The notes below the pieces were generated by a model, which was not told where the DNA came from, searched no databases, and saw nothing but the letters and a program-made list of their open reading frames with translations. From Acidobacteriota bacterium (lineage in GTDB: Bacteria; Acidobacteriota; Polarisedimenticolia; J045): a stretch of DNA of 64,000 bases. Of the stretch, positions 29,101 to 39,080 are shown piece after piece. The stretch is from contig JAXLQU010000020.1 in NCBI GenBank assembly GCA_046331425.1, positions 8,788 to 72,787 of the forward strand, given 5' to 3'. Made by a program: the position numbers and the translations under genes. Numbering within the stretch: the first letter of the stretch is position 1; each line of letters opens with the position of its first letter.

Positions 29101-29305
29101 CCCCTTGACGTTGGTGACGGGAGCCGGCGCCGAGGCCCGCAACTCGATCGGCCTGGTGCTGGTGTCGGGGATGGCGATCGGCACGGCATTCACGCTGTTC
29201 ATCGTGCCGTCGCTGTACATGTTGTTGGCCAAGCAACATGCGACTAACGAGCTGACGGCGATCGAAGAGACCGAGGTACCGAACGAAGATCCGATCGCGG
29301 TCTGA
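26186..29305 (+). CDS. RND efflux permease (AcrB family, MexW/MexI-like)
   Basis: 1039 aa; FIRRPVLA, proton-relay motifs VDDAVVVVEN, KNGILIVEF and RLRPVLMT. Confidence 0.95.
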   Translation: MQSITDIFIRRPVLAIVVNILIVIAGLQAMRSLIVRQYPKSENASVKVTTVYVGANADLVRGFITAPMERAIAAADGIEYLESQSVQGLSTITARLKLNKDASKALSEISSKVDQVRADLPPSAEVPVINIEPADSTFAAAYLSFSSELLKQNEITDYLVRVIQPRLSAVDGVQRADILGARTFAMRLWLKPERMAALNVSPGDVQRALAANNYLAAVGRTKSLLVQVNLTANTDLRSVSEFEQMVIREDAGNYVRLGDVADVALGADDYDTEVRFSGETAVFMGIWVLPSANSVDVIQAVRKEIDSIQADLPTSMKAKVAYDATAYIKDALSEVIRTLGETLIIVVIVIFLFLGSLRSALVPVVAIPVSLIGAIFLMEVFGFTINLLTLLAIVLSVGLVVDDAVVVVENVERRMRQGLSAIQAALLGARELVGPIIAMTITLAAVYAPIGFQGGLTGTLFKEFAFTLAGAVTISGIVALTLSPVMSSVLINPKGLNKGFTGRINRDFDRFRNFYGRLLDKTLGARPAVYTVWIVLSLLTVPLFMMSPKELAPTEDQGVVFGILEGPANSTIDQAMVYANEVNRMFMEIPETQFTFQLTFPSGGFGGAGLKPWGERDRTAFEIMPEISEKLANISGLRVFPVMPPALPGGGQFPVEFVLASTAEPERILEFATQLEQRAAASGKFAFPPIIDTKIDQPQTEIVIDREKVAAMGLSLEQVGNDISAIVGGNFVNRFNIDGRSYKVIPQAKRTARLSPEQLTSLYVTGPEGKLVPLSTLATLKNSTEPRSLNRFQQLNAVKLSGVSMVPLDQALKYLEDEAKKILPDGYQIDYTGESRQLRTEGDKFLPAMTLAVVLIFLVLAAQFNSFRDPLVILAGSVPLAMFGALTMTFLKLPNPNMPFWTDGWTTTLNIYSQVGLVTLVGLVSKNGILIVEFANELQREGKSKLDAIREAARTRLRPVLMTSVATVAGHFPLTLVTGAGAEARNSIGLVLVSGMAIGTAFTLFIVPSLYMLLAKQHATNELTAIEETEVPNEDPIAV

Positions 29306-29318
29306 TTCTCGCGGCGGG

Positions 29319-29915
29319 TCACAGCCCTTTGACGAAATCGCGAACGCCACCGAGCAGCATCTCGGTGGCGATGGCCGTGAGGATCAGCCCCATCAGCCGC
29401 TCGAACGCATTGACTACCTGCTCGCCCAACAACGCTGCGATCTTCTCTGCAAACCCCAATACAAGCGCGTTGACCGTCATCACCAAGGTCAACGCCAAGA
29501 CCCACTGCCAAACGTGCGTCGGATCGCGCGCCACGAGCAGCAACACGGTCGCCAAGGCGGATGGCCCGGCTAGAAATGGAATCGCCAACGGCACGATCAA
29601 CGGCTCCGCGTTGCGCTGCTTACCGAACATCCCCTCCGATGGCGGAAAGATCATCTTGAGTGCAATCAGAAACAAAACAACCCCGCCCGCAATCCCCAGC
29701 GAGGTATCCGACAAGCGCATCGCCGCCATGATCGGCTTGCCGAACAGCATGAAGACCAAAAGCACGCCGTAAGCAATCAGCACCTCGCGCACGATGACTC
29801 GCAATCGTCGTTGTTGCGCCACCGGCTCGAGCGCCACGATGAACAGCGGCATGTTCCCCAGCGGGTCGGTCACCAGCAAGAGCAGGATCGCGGCGGAAAG
29901 GAATGTGTCGTCCAT
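29319..29915 (-). CDS. MarC family membrane protein
   Basis: LLVTDPLGNMP, VPLAIPFLAGPS, ERLMGLILTAIA. Confidence 0.9.
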   Translation of the reverse strand: MDDTFLSAAILLLLVTDPLGNMPLFIVALEPVAQQRRLRVIVREVLIAYGVLLVFMLFGKPIMAAMRLSDTSLGIAGGVVLFLIALKMIFPPSEGMFGKQRNAEPLIVPLAIPFLAGPSALATVLLLVARDPTHVWQWVLALTLVMTVNALVLGFAEKIAALLGEQVVNAFERLMGLILTAIATEMLLGGVRDFVKGL

Positions 29916-29983
29916 GGCGGATGGATTATGGCTTAGCCGGGGCAGATGCAGACCGGCCTCGGGGCTGTTACCGTCTCGCGCCC

Positions 29984-31650
29984 ATGACCGCACCCTCGAG
30001 CCCTCGCGACAACGGCGGCCAGCGCACGAGCACGGCAGCCGCGCTCGTCCTGCTGTGGCTTGCCGTGATCGTGCTGCCACTCCCAGTGCGCGAGGTCATG
30101 CCGCCCGACGAATCGCGCTTCGCACACCAGGCCGAGGTAATGCACACGAGCGGCGACTGGATCGTCCCGCGAATCGGCGACGTGCCGAATGCGGACAAGC
30201 CGCCAGGGTTGTTTTGGTCGGTGAATCTGGTGTCGCTCGTGACAGGCCACGTGACGGAAACGACGGCGCGGGTTCCGTCCGCGCTGGCTGCACTGATGGT
30301 TATGTTTCTGACGGTACGACTCGGCAGGCGGCTGTGGGGCGACGCGACACTCGGGCTAGGCGCTGCCGCGATGCTCGTCACCGGCGTCGAGTTCTCGCAG
30401 AAGGGGCAGTGGTGCTCATGCGACATGCTGCTGACGGCGTTTTCGCTCGGTGCGTCGACGCTCTGGCGCGAGGCAGTCTTCGAACGCGAGCGCGGCGGGC
30501 ACCTGATGATCGCGGCGGGCTGGCTGTGCGCAGCGATCGCGACGCTAACGAAGGGACCGCTCGGGTTGCTGTGGCCGTTGTGGTGGGTGATCGCCGAAGC
30601 GGCGGCTCGGCGCCGCTGGAAACCGACGCTCGCACTGCTCGTACCTAGCGGGCCGGTCTTGTATCTGTTGCTCGTCTTCGGTTGGCTCACAGCGTTCAAG
30701 GCGGGCGCCGGCGAAACTCTCGCTCACGAAGCGCTGTTCACGCAAACCGTCACGCGATACCTGAACTCGTGGAACTCATTCCAGCCCCCCTACTTTTTCT
30801 TGATTCAGACGCCCGGCGACTTCTTTCCGTGGTCGTTGTTCTTTCCTGCGGCTGCCGTCGCGTGGTGGCGTTTGCGCCGTGACGCCGATGCAACGACCGG
30901 TGTCGATCGTGTCGCATGGCGCGCGAGCCTTGTTTTCTTGGGGATTGCGCTGGTCTTTTTCTCGCTCTCGCCGGGCAAGCGCGGTGTGTATCTGCTGCCG
31001 GCATTCCCGATGCTTGCGCTGTGCACGGCGCGCGGATTTCTGTCGATCGGCGGACGCTGGCGTCGAGTTCCGCTCAGACTGCTGGCCTGTGTTGGGATCG
31101 TCGTCGGGCTGGTGATCCCCCTGGTGGTTGCGGTGATTCGGCCCCGCGTCGCACTCGATTGGGGAGAGCGTGTCGGTTTCGGTTGGGTCGCGGCGCTGGT
31201 CGCGTGCGGAGCCTCGCTCTCGATCGGAGCGCTGTTCGCGCTGCGCCGTCACGACTCCGCACCTCGCGCTCTCGCCTCGGTGGTCGCCGGTATGGCCGTC
31301 TGCCTCTCCATTCTTGGGACGCTCGGCGGTGCGGCGTGGAGTCGCTATCAGGACGGCTCAGGATTCGGCACGGTGGTCGCGACGATCGTCCCCGCGCGGA
31401 GCGATTGGTGATGGGACGGGGCAAGTTCGAATTGGTGCTGTTCTACTCGAACCGGCGCGGCACCGAGGTGCAGAACGAAGAGGCACTGGTCGACGAGCTA
31501 CGGTCGGGGCGTGCGCGCTATGTCGTGTTGAGTCGCGAGTTTTATCAGCAGGTGAGGGGTCGACCCGAGGTAGCCCAATTGACGCTGCTCGCCGATCGTT
31601 GGGTGGGCAATACCAACCTCCTGCTGCTCGGGCCGCCCTCCGCAGCAGGT
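29984..31650 (+). pseudogene. ArnT/PMT-like GT39 glycosyltransferase, frameshifted near 31395 (true lesion or sequencing error)
   Basis: PPDESRF, DKPPG and TKGPLG motifs; stop at 31411, but the C-terminal domain continues in another frame (ERLVMGRGKFELVLFYSNR...LLLLG). Confidence 0.75.
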
Positions 31651-32222
31651 GTCGACGAAATACCTCGCCTGCGAGCCGGGCACTGGACGAGTACAGCCGC
31701 GTACCCCTGTTGCTCAGCAAGCGAATCGGTGACTAGGAGGCTCATAGGCTTCGCAAGGCCATCGGCGCTGCCAGGTAGGGGGCATGCTCCGGTCGCTGGC
31801 CAAGAAGTCGGCCCGGTTCGATCGGAAGCCGAGGTTGGCGAAGGATCTTGTCAGTCGACAGCTCTTACAGGACACGGGAACACCGGCGCTCGACGCCGAT
31901 CCGCTGCATATCCAGCCAACGCTGCGGGGCAAAGCAGCTCGGCCCGAGGCTCAACGGCCGTCCCGGCCATCGCCGGGAAACTATGCGGGAGGCGATCGAT
32001 CGGATCGGCAAGGAGGTTAGAGTTCGAGCGCGGTCGGACCGTCCGAGCGCGGCGGACGCTACCGACCGCCGAGGAATGGCCCGTGTGGAGATCCACCATT
32101 TGCGAAACTGTCGATTCTCTCTCCCCTGCGGTGCCGGGCCGCCCCCCTGGGGACAGCGCCCACCGTGGAATGCGATCCGCAATCGACATCGGCTCGACGC
32201 CCGCGAAAGCTGAGCGCTGACG

Positions 32223-34184
32223 ATGTGCGGAATTGCTGGTATCGCTGGACGGCCAGGTTCTGATCCGGAGCGCAGGCAGGCGGTGCGCGCGATGGCACGA
32301 ACGCTCGGCCATCGCGGCCCCGACGGAGAGTCGGAGAGCCAGCACAACGGCTGCGGCTTCGGCTTTCGCCGGCTTGCGATCGTCGATCTGGCCGGCGCGC
32401 TCCCGCCGTTTTCGAACGAGGAGCGGACCATTTGGTCGATCTGCAACGGTGAGATCTACAACTGCGAGGAACTGCGTGAGTGGCTGATCGCGCGCGGCCA
32501 TCGCTTCCGCACCGGCGTCGATACAGAGGTCATCTCGCACCTCTACGAAGAGTACGGCGCCGGGTTCGTAACGCACCTGCACGGAATGTTCGCCTTCGCC
32601 GTGTGGGACGAATCCCAGCAGCGTCTGTTGCTTGGCCGCGATCGCGCGGGTGAGAAGCCGTTGTTTTACTGGAGCGATGGGCGCGAGTTGGTCTTTGCTT
32701 CGGAGTTGCGCGGAATCCTGGCGCACCCGCGTGTCGTTCGCGCGGTCGATCCGGTGGCCCTATCGCGTTTCCTCTTGCACGACTACTTTCCGGCGCCGCT
32801 CACGCCAATCGCGGGGGTCTACAAGTTGCCCGCGGGACATCTACTCACTTGGCGAGATGGCCAGGCCGAGGCGAGCGAGTATTGGGACCTCGCGGCGTCG
32901 TTTGGACGACCTGCACCGAAGACCGAGGATGTGGTCGCGGCGGAGGTCGACCGGCTCGTCGGGCAGGCGGTTCAGCGTCGAAAGAAGAGCGACGTTCCGG
33001 TCGGCGTGTTCTTGTCGGGAGGGATCGACTCGACGGTTGTGCTCGCGCACATGACCGAGCAGAACGGTCGCGGCGTTCCGGTCTTCTCGCTTGGCAACCG
33101 CGACGTGGCATTCAACGAGGCCGGGTTCGCGCGCGAGACGGCGGCGTTTTATGGAGCCGAGTTCCACGAGCTGATCGTCGATGAACCCGAACTCGAGGAT
33201 GGACTGCGGCGGATCGTCGAGGGGTTCGATGAGCCGCTGGGTGACGCATCGATCATTCCGACACATCTGCTCGCTCTTTTCGCTCGGCAGAAGGTCAAGG
33301 TGGTGCTTTCGGGCGAAGGCAGCGACGAGATGTTCGCGGGCTACCCAACCTATCTGGCCGATCGAGTGGCCGAAGGGTATCGGCGCTTGCCGGGACCGCT
33401 GCGCCGCGGCTTGGTCGACGGACTGCGCCGCTTGCTCCCCGTGCGAATGGGAAACAATGGCCTGGACTACCTACTCGGCCGATTCGCGCAGGGGGCCGAG
33501 CGACCGCGCGTCGAACGCCACCACTGTTGGTTTGGAAGCCTTTCGCCGGAACGCCAACATCGTCTGTTCTCGCCGGCGTTGCGCGCCGCTCTCGACGGAG
33601 ACGACTGCTTCGCTGCCGCGCGCACGCGCCTGGCCGGTACCTCGTTTCCCGACGGACTCTCGCAGTTGCTCTACATGGACTTCACGATGTTCTTGCAGGA
33701 CGACCTGCTGACCAAGGTCGACCGCGCGACGATGCTCGCATCTTTGGAAGCGCGCGCTCCATTCCTCGATCACGAGCTCGCCGAGTATGTCGCGGGATTG
33801 CCGTCGCACTTCAAGGTGCGCCGCGGAACGACGAAGTGGATCTTGCGCCGCGCCGAACGCCATCGCTTGCCGCCCGAGGTTCTGTCGCGCCGCAAACGCG
33901 GTTTTACGATTCCAATCTCGCGCTTCCTCTTGGGCGGACTCTCGGCGCGAATGAGAGAAAAGTTCGCCCCCGAACGCGTCGCCGCACGTGGCCTGTTCGA
34001 CCCTGGCGCGGTATGGGCATTGCTCGAGGAACACATGGGGCGTCGTGCCGACCACAAGAAGGCGCTCTTCACGCTGCTTGTGCTCGACTTGTGGTGCGAT
34101 CGAGTCTTCGGCGACGGCGCATTCGTGCCGCTCGCGGCAGCCTCGAGCAACGGCGAGCAGCGCGTGGCTGGCCTCGCCGGATGA
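32223..34184 (+). CDS. asnB: Asparagine synthase (glutamine-hydrolysing)-like amidotransferase
   Basis: N-terminal MCGIAG, NGEIYN, RDRAGEKPL, LSGGIDS, SGEGSDE, EARAPFLD. Confidence 0.92.
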   Translation: MCGIAGIAGRPGSDPERRQAVRAMARTLGHRGPDGESESQHNGCGFGFRRLAIVDLAGALPPFSNEERTIWSICNGEIYNCEELREWLIARGHRFRTGVDTEVISHLYEEYGAGFVTHLHGMFAFAVWDESQQRLLLGRDRAGEKPLFYWSDGRELVFASELRGILAHPRVVRAVDPVALSRFLLHDYFPAPLTPIAGVYKLPAGHLLTWRDGQAEASEYWDLAASFGRPAPKTEDVVAAEVDRLVGQAVQRRKKSDVPVGVFLSGGIDSTVVLAHMTEQNGRGVPVFSLGNRDVAFNEAGFARETAAFYGAEFHELIVDEPELEDGLRRIVEGFDEPLGDASIIPTHLLALFARQKVKVVLSGEGSDEMFAGYPTYLADRVAEGYRRLPGPLRRGLVDGLRRLLPVRMGNNGLDYLLGRFAQGAERPRVERHHCWFGSLSPERQHRLFSPALRAALDGDDCFAAARTRLAGTSFPDGLSQLLYMDFTMFLQDDLLTKVDRATMLASLEARAPFLDHELAEYVAGLPSHFKVRRGTTKWILRRAERHRLPPEVLSRRKRGFTIPISRFLLGGLSARMREKFAPERVAARGLFDPGAVWALLEEHMGRRADHKKALFTLLVLDLWCDRVFGDGAFVPLAAASSNGEQRVAGLAG

Positions 34185-35770
34185 CGCGCGCTCAGACCGA
34201 TCGATGGCTGCTGCTCTGCGCGTTCGCCCTCTTCTTCTGCAACGCGTGGGGCTACGACCTGTGGGCACCCGATGAGCCGTACTTCGGCGAAGGGGCACGC
34301 GAGATGGTCGCCGACGGACAGTGGCTCGTCCCGCATGTCAACGGCGTGATCACAACCGACAAACCACCGTTGTTCTTCTGGCTGATCGCGCTGATGTCGG
34401 CACCGTTCGGCGCCGTCTCGCCGCTGCTGGCGCGACTGCCGTCGATTCTTGCCGGAGTCGGCTCGGTGGCGCTGGCGATCAGGCTTGGTCGTCGCCTCGG
34501 CGGTGACCGAACGGCACTGCTCGCCGGCGTTGTCATGGCCACCGCTTACCTACCGTGGGACAAGGCGCGCTCGGCACAGATCGACGCGTTGCTGATGTTT
34601 CTGGTGCTTGCGGCGATGAGTTGCTTCGAAGCACATCGCGCGCGCAGCAACTCAGGGCGCAGCGACGGCCGCGCGCTCGGCATCGCCTTCTGGACGTTTG
34701 CGGGACTCGCGACGTTGGCCAAGGGCCCGGTTGGAGTCTTGCTTCCCGTTGGGGCGGCACTGCTGACGCTTGTGTTTGATCGCGATCTGCGTGCGTGGCG
34801 ACGATTCGCGCCCCTGCTCGGTCCACTGGCCTTTGCGATCGTGGTGGGAGCATGGGCGATTCCAGCGGAGTTGTGGGGTGGCGAGTACTCGCTCTTCGGT
34901 GCGCTGGAAACTCACTTCGTGAATCGCAGCTTGCATGGAATGCACCATCCCAACCCGCCCTGGTACTACTTGCAGACGATCCCGGTGCAGTTTCTCCCTT
35001 GGTCCGGGTTGCTTCCCGCCGCGTTCGTCGTTGCGTGGCGACGACGCGACGCCGGCTCGCGTCTGTTGGTCGCTTGGGTGCTGTTTGTCGTGTTGCTGTT
35101 CACGCTGTCGGGTGAGAGACGCGACCTGTACGTGTTGCCGGCGTTCCCGGCCTTGGCGCTGCTCGTCGCGCGCGCGTTCGATGCGCCCGAGATCTCGCGA
35201 CGTTGGATTACCGTGCCGCTCGCCATCACGGGTGTGCTGCTGCTGATGCTCGGCGTCGCTGCGCCGCTGATCGCCCGGCAACACGTGCCGGGGGGCATGA
35301 CGGCGATCGTGGTGTTTAGCGCGGCGGCTTTCGCGGCAGGACTGGCGCTGTTGTCAACCATTCGGCGTGGCGATCCGACGCGGGCGGCACTCGTCGCGGG
35401 CGGCGGAATGGCCGCGATCTATCTCGTGATCTCGATCGCCGTGATGCCGACGTTCGATGGGGTGAAGTCGGCCCGCGGCTTCGCGAATGAGATTTCCGCC
35501 GCGACAGCCGACGCGCGCGCAGCAGGAGAGCGAGTGCTGGCCTATCGGCTTGGCAATCTGCCCGAGGCGATCTCGTTCTATTCGGCGGTCTACACGGTCG
35601 AGACGAGTGATCGCGCGCGGCTCGCCGCACATGTCGCTGACGGCAACCGATGGTTGGTCGCCGATGCGAGCCGCTTGAAAGAGATTGCGCCGGAGATCCG
35701 CGCGCGAATGACACCGACGGCGCGTGCCACCCTATCGCGGATGGATGTCGTGCTCTATCGCGTTGACTGA
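34181..35770 (+). CDS. ArnT/PMT-like GT39 glycosyltransferase
   Basis: ATGA overlap with asnB; WAPDEPYF, DKPPLFFW, AKGPVG, PPWYYL. Confidence 0.85.
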   Translation: MTRAQTDRWLLLCAFALFFCNAWGYDLWAPDEPYFGEGAREMVADGQWLVPHVNGVITTDKPPLFFWLIALMSAPFGAVSPLLARLPSILAGVGSVALAIRLGRRLGGDRTALLAGVVMATAYLPWDKARSAQIDALLMFLVLAAMSCFEAHRARSNSGRSDGRALGIAFWTFAGLATLAKGPVGVLLPVGAALLTLVFDRDLRAWRRFAPLLGPLAFAIVVGAWAIPAELWGGEYSLFGALETHFVNRSLHGMHHPNPPWYYLQTIPVQFLPWSGLLPAAFVVAWRRRDAGSRLLVAWVLFVVLLFTLSGERRDLYVLPAFPALALLVARAFDAPEISRRWITVPLAITGVLLLMLGVAAPLIARQHVPGGMTAIVVFSAAAFAAGLALLSTIRRGDPTRAALVAGGGMAAIYLVISIAVMPTFDGVKSARGFANEISAATADARAAGERVLAYRLGNLPEAISFYSAVYTVETSDRARLAAHVADGNRWLVADASRLKEIAPEIRARMTPTARATLSRMDVVLYRVD

Positions 35771-35855
35771 GGCGCTGAACCGCTCACAAGTACGGGTTTT
35801 CGGTTCTCAGCTCGCTCGCTTTGGGTGTGAGATCTTTGCGCCGCGGCTAACCGCA

Positions 35856-37349
35856 CTAGAACTTGATCCGCCACTCCGCGCGTACCCCGGCGAGACTGTC
35901 CTCGATCCCACGGTCGGCGTACATGCCATCGAACCGCACGATCATGTTGTGTGAGAGCTTCATCTGATAGCGGATTCCCAATCCGTACTGATCGTCCTTC
36001 GCGATCCGCTCGGTGATATCTCCGCTCGTTTGCAACGCGGCTAGCTCCACAACCAACTGACGATCGAGGCCAAACAGATACTCCACTCCAAACGCGCCAC
36101 CCCACGTGTTGTTGCCCGACGACTCCATCGACGCCAGGCCGGTAAGCGCGTTTCCTTCAAACAGCAAACCGGTGTTCTTCAAGATGCCGCCTGCCCCTGG
36201 ATCGCGCGCCAACGACTGCGGCGAATCGATGCCGACGAACAGATTGAGGTACGGCACCAGCGTGAGCGGCTTGTGGGTGATGAACGAGTTTTCGATCAGA
36301 AGCAGCGCACCATCGGCGGTGCGTACACCGGCGGTCGGTTCTTCCTGCCCGAAGTTGCCGATCACCCGCACGCTGTTGGACAGCCAATTGCCGTACCGGC
36401 GCGTGAATGCCAATCCGACGTTGTGGTAACTGCGATCGGGCCCCGACTTGACATCCTCGGTGTAGCCGTAGTCGATCTCCCAATACCCTTGGTTGGCTTC
36501 TGCGAAGATCGCGACACCAGCCACGCGTGGGTCCTGGTTCTTCGCAATGGTCGCGCGGCTGCTGACGCGATCCAGACCGACGAAGAACGTGATGTCGGCG
36601 TTGCTGATGTCGAGCTTGCGGCTGTTGCGCGCTGGAATCGTAAAGGCCAAGCCGGTGAACGCGTCTTCGAGCCACACGCCGTTTTGCAGCAACAGCGGCA
36701 TGAAGCCGACCGCAAAGGGCAGGTCGAACTTGCTGGGCTTGTCGCGCCAACCTTGGAGCATCGCGCCGAGCTCTCCCTCGAAGAACAGTGCATCGAGGTT
36801 GCCGTCGAAGCTGCGCGTAAAGTCGGCGTTGCTGTTTTGATAGTCGTACGACAGGAAGCGTCCTTCCTTGTCGAGGGGGCGTGCGAAGGCGTGAATCCGC
36901 TCGGTGGAAGTGAAACGCCAATCCATGTCGAGATTCAGACGGGCCGCAAGGCGCGAGGAATCTTTGTCGCCGACCTGGTTCCAGCCGGTTCCGAGCTGAA
37001 AGTCGCCGTGCGCGATGAACTGTTGATTCATTGGGTTCTTGCGGCCGAAGAGGGTCGAGGTGGCCGGCTTCAACGGACCTGCCGCGTACATTTCACGGCC
37101 TAGCTCGAGCAACGGGCGCTGCGTGAGGTTGGCGTATTTGCCGCCGTAGATCTGAAGTTGGGCCGAGGCGTCGTAGCTTTTGTCTACGTAGCTGGGATCG
37201 GGCCGGAAATTCTTGGGATCGTTGTCAGCGGGTTTCGCTTCGGGCGACGCCGCGGGTGCTGCCGGCTTTTGTTCTTCAGCAGCCCCAAGAGTTCCGGCGG
37301 CCATGATCGCCATGGCTCCCAACAAGATCGGCAGACGGAGCGCGTGCAT
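35856..37349 (-). CDS. Putative outer-membrane beta-barrel protein co-transcribed with the multiheme cytochrome
   Basis: Signal peptide; amphipathic strands; C-terminal GVRAEWRIKF BAM-type signal; 1 bp from the cytochrome stop. Confidence 0.7.
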   Translation of the reverse strand: MHALRLPILLGAMAIMAAGTLGAAEEQKPAAPAASPEAKPADNDPKNFRPDPSYVDKSYDASAQLQIYGGKYANLTQRPLLELGREMYAAGPLKPATSTLFGRKNPMNQQFIAHGDFQLGTGWNQVGDKDSSRLAARLNLDMDWRFTSTERIHAFARPLDKEGRFLSYDYQNSNADFTRSFDGNLDALFFEGELGAMLQGWRDKPSKFDLPFAVGFMPLLLQNGVWLEDAFTGLAFTIPARNSRKLDISNADITFFVGLDRVSSRATIAKNQDPRVAGVAIFAEANQGYWEIDYGYTEDVKSGPDRSYHNVGLAFTRRYGNWLSNSVRVIGNFGQEEPTAGVRTADGALLLIENSFITHKPLTLVPYLNLFVGIDSPQSLARDPGAGGILKNTGLLFEGNALTGLASMESSGNNTWGGAFGVEYLFGLDRQLVVELAALQTSGDITERIAKDDQYGLGIRYQMKLSHNMIVRFDGMYADRGIEDSLAGVRAEWRIKF

Positions 37350-37350
37350 C

Positions 37351-39080
37351 TCACTTCACCTCGAACGTAACGGTGCGTGGGTGGACATCGAGCATCCATT
37401 CGTTCATCGATTGCTGCATGTCGACGGTCGCGCCGACGAACTGCATGAAGTAGATCGGTTCGGCGCGGCTGCGCAGCCGGACCGCCAGCTTGTAGGTGCC
37501 CGGTTGCGCGAGAAGCTCGCCGGGGATCTTGTACTCGGCCTCGCGTTTGCCGAGCGGCGGAATGCTGCGTTGCTCCATGCGAATGAACGGCGGGTGATTC
37601 ATCACCGAGTTGGGTGTACCGGCCGGCCGAATGAACGGCAACTGATCGACATCGAGGTTGACCGGCAGATACATCTCGCGGTCGGTGCCCTTGACGTTGG
37701 TGGTGATGAACTTGGTCTGCAAGTTGAACAGTTGATCATCGTGCGCCAGCTTGCCGGCGCGCACATCGAGCGAGTGCAGGTCGGCGAAGTCGCCGTTGCT
37801 GTCGAGGTAGCCCGATTCCCCACGTTCTTACCAGACGGGTCGACCAATGCGACGTTCAGCCACAGTTCCGGCTGCGCTCCCAGGCTTCCCGACGGCAGGT
37901 CGTGGCCGTCGTCGATATTGTTGACGACGTAGCTGAACTCCAATGGCTTCCCGGTGCGGGGCGGGCGCTCGAAGAACGGTCCATCGATGCGCGAACCGGC
38001 TTCCATAACCTGACGGCGCTGCTCGAACTTCTTCTTCAGCTTGGCGAGATTCTCGTCGACGATGCCGCGTGCCGTCTCGCGGTCGTAGTCGTCTTGCCAT
38101 TCCTTGGGGAACGTCACGCTGAGTTGCTTCTTGTAGACCTTGTCCTCGAACTCGGGAGCACCCCATCCGGCGCGGTAGTCGAACTTCAACCACGCTTCGA
38201 TCGGGAACTGCTCGGCCTTGGGGTTTTGCGGAAAGATCCCGGGGTGCGCGATCGGATAGCCGGGCCCGTAGAACGCGTGATTGTGATGCTCGCGTTTTTC
38301 GCTGACCTTCTTGCCGCTCACGATGGCGACAGCCCCCACCTCGAAGCCGGAGACAACACCAGGCTGCTTGCCCATGTGACATTGCTGGCAGGTGATGCCT
38401 TGCTTGAACGCGGGACTATCGCGGTATTGGTCCCACACCACCTCCAACTTGATGCCCGGGTGGACCGCCACCTGATGACATGACAAGCAGAAGTCGGAAG
38501 TGGAGAGCGGCTCGAACTTGATGCCGGCGACATGAATGTCCATGCCGGGGCCTTTGTCGCCGGGCAATGGTTTGACCTTGTAGAAGTCTTTCTTGGAGAT
38601 CACCTCGGCCACGCCATCACCCCCGAAGTTGCCGTAGACGGGATCGTGAATGTCGCCGGGCTCGATGCGCCGTTCGCCGTTGACGTGCCCATACTCTTCA
38701 CGCACGCGATGGCACGTGATGCAGGTGACTCCTTCGCGTGCCACCTTGGTCCGCTTCCAAATCGGTAGCTCGCGCGGCTCGCCCAACGTGGTCCCGACGC
38801 TGGCGTGGCAGCGCACACAAAAACTCCCGATCGTGCCGTTGGCCAGATCGTTGATGCGTTGCTCGAATTTGTGGAACATCGGAGAGACCGAAGCGTAGGC
38901 GTGATTGGACGAGGCCCACTCGTCGTAGATCTGCTGATGACACTTGGCGCATTCAGTGGCGCTGGGGTATTTGCTGGTCGCGTAGACCGCGGCGTGCGGG
39001 TCATCGCCGGCCCAGGCGGTAAGCGCGTTGAGCGCCGTGAACAAAACAGCCATCCCCGCAATCGTTGACGTCAATCTCAT
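37351..39080 (-). pseudogene. Exported pentaheme cytochrome c (c554/c552-like), split by a 1-bp frameshift near 37822
   Basis: Signal peptide; five CxxCH (CAKCH, CVRCH, CITCH, CLSCH, CQQCH); frame switches after PSGKNV to (W)ESGYLDSNGD...TFEVK. Confidence 0.8.

Noticed and set aside
31690-31960. Possible sulfatase remnant (DEYSRVPLLL..., PTLRG)
   Set aside because: Only a few short generic matches across different frames; no catalytic CxPxR motif
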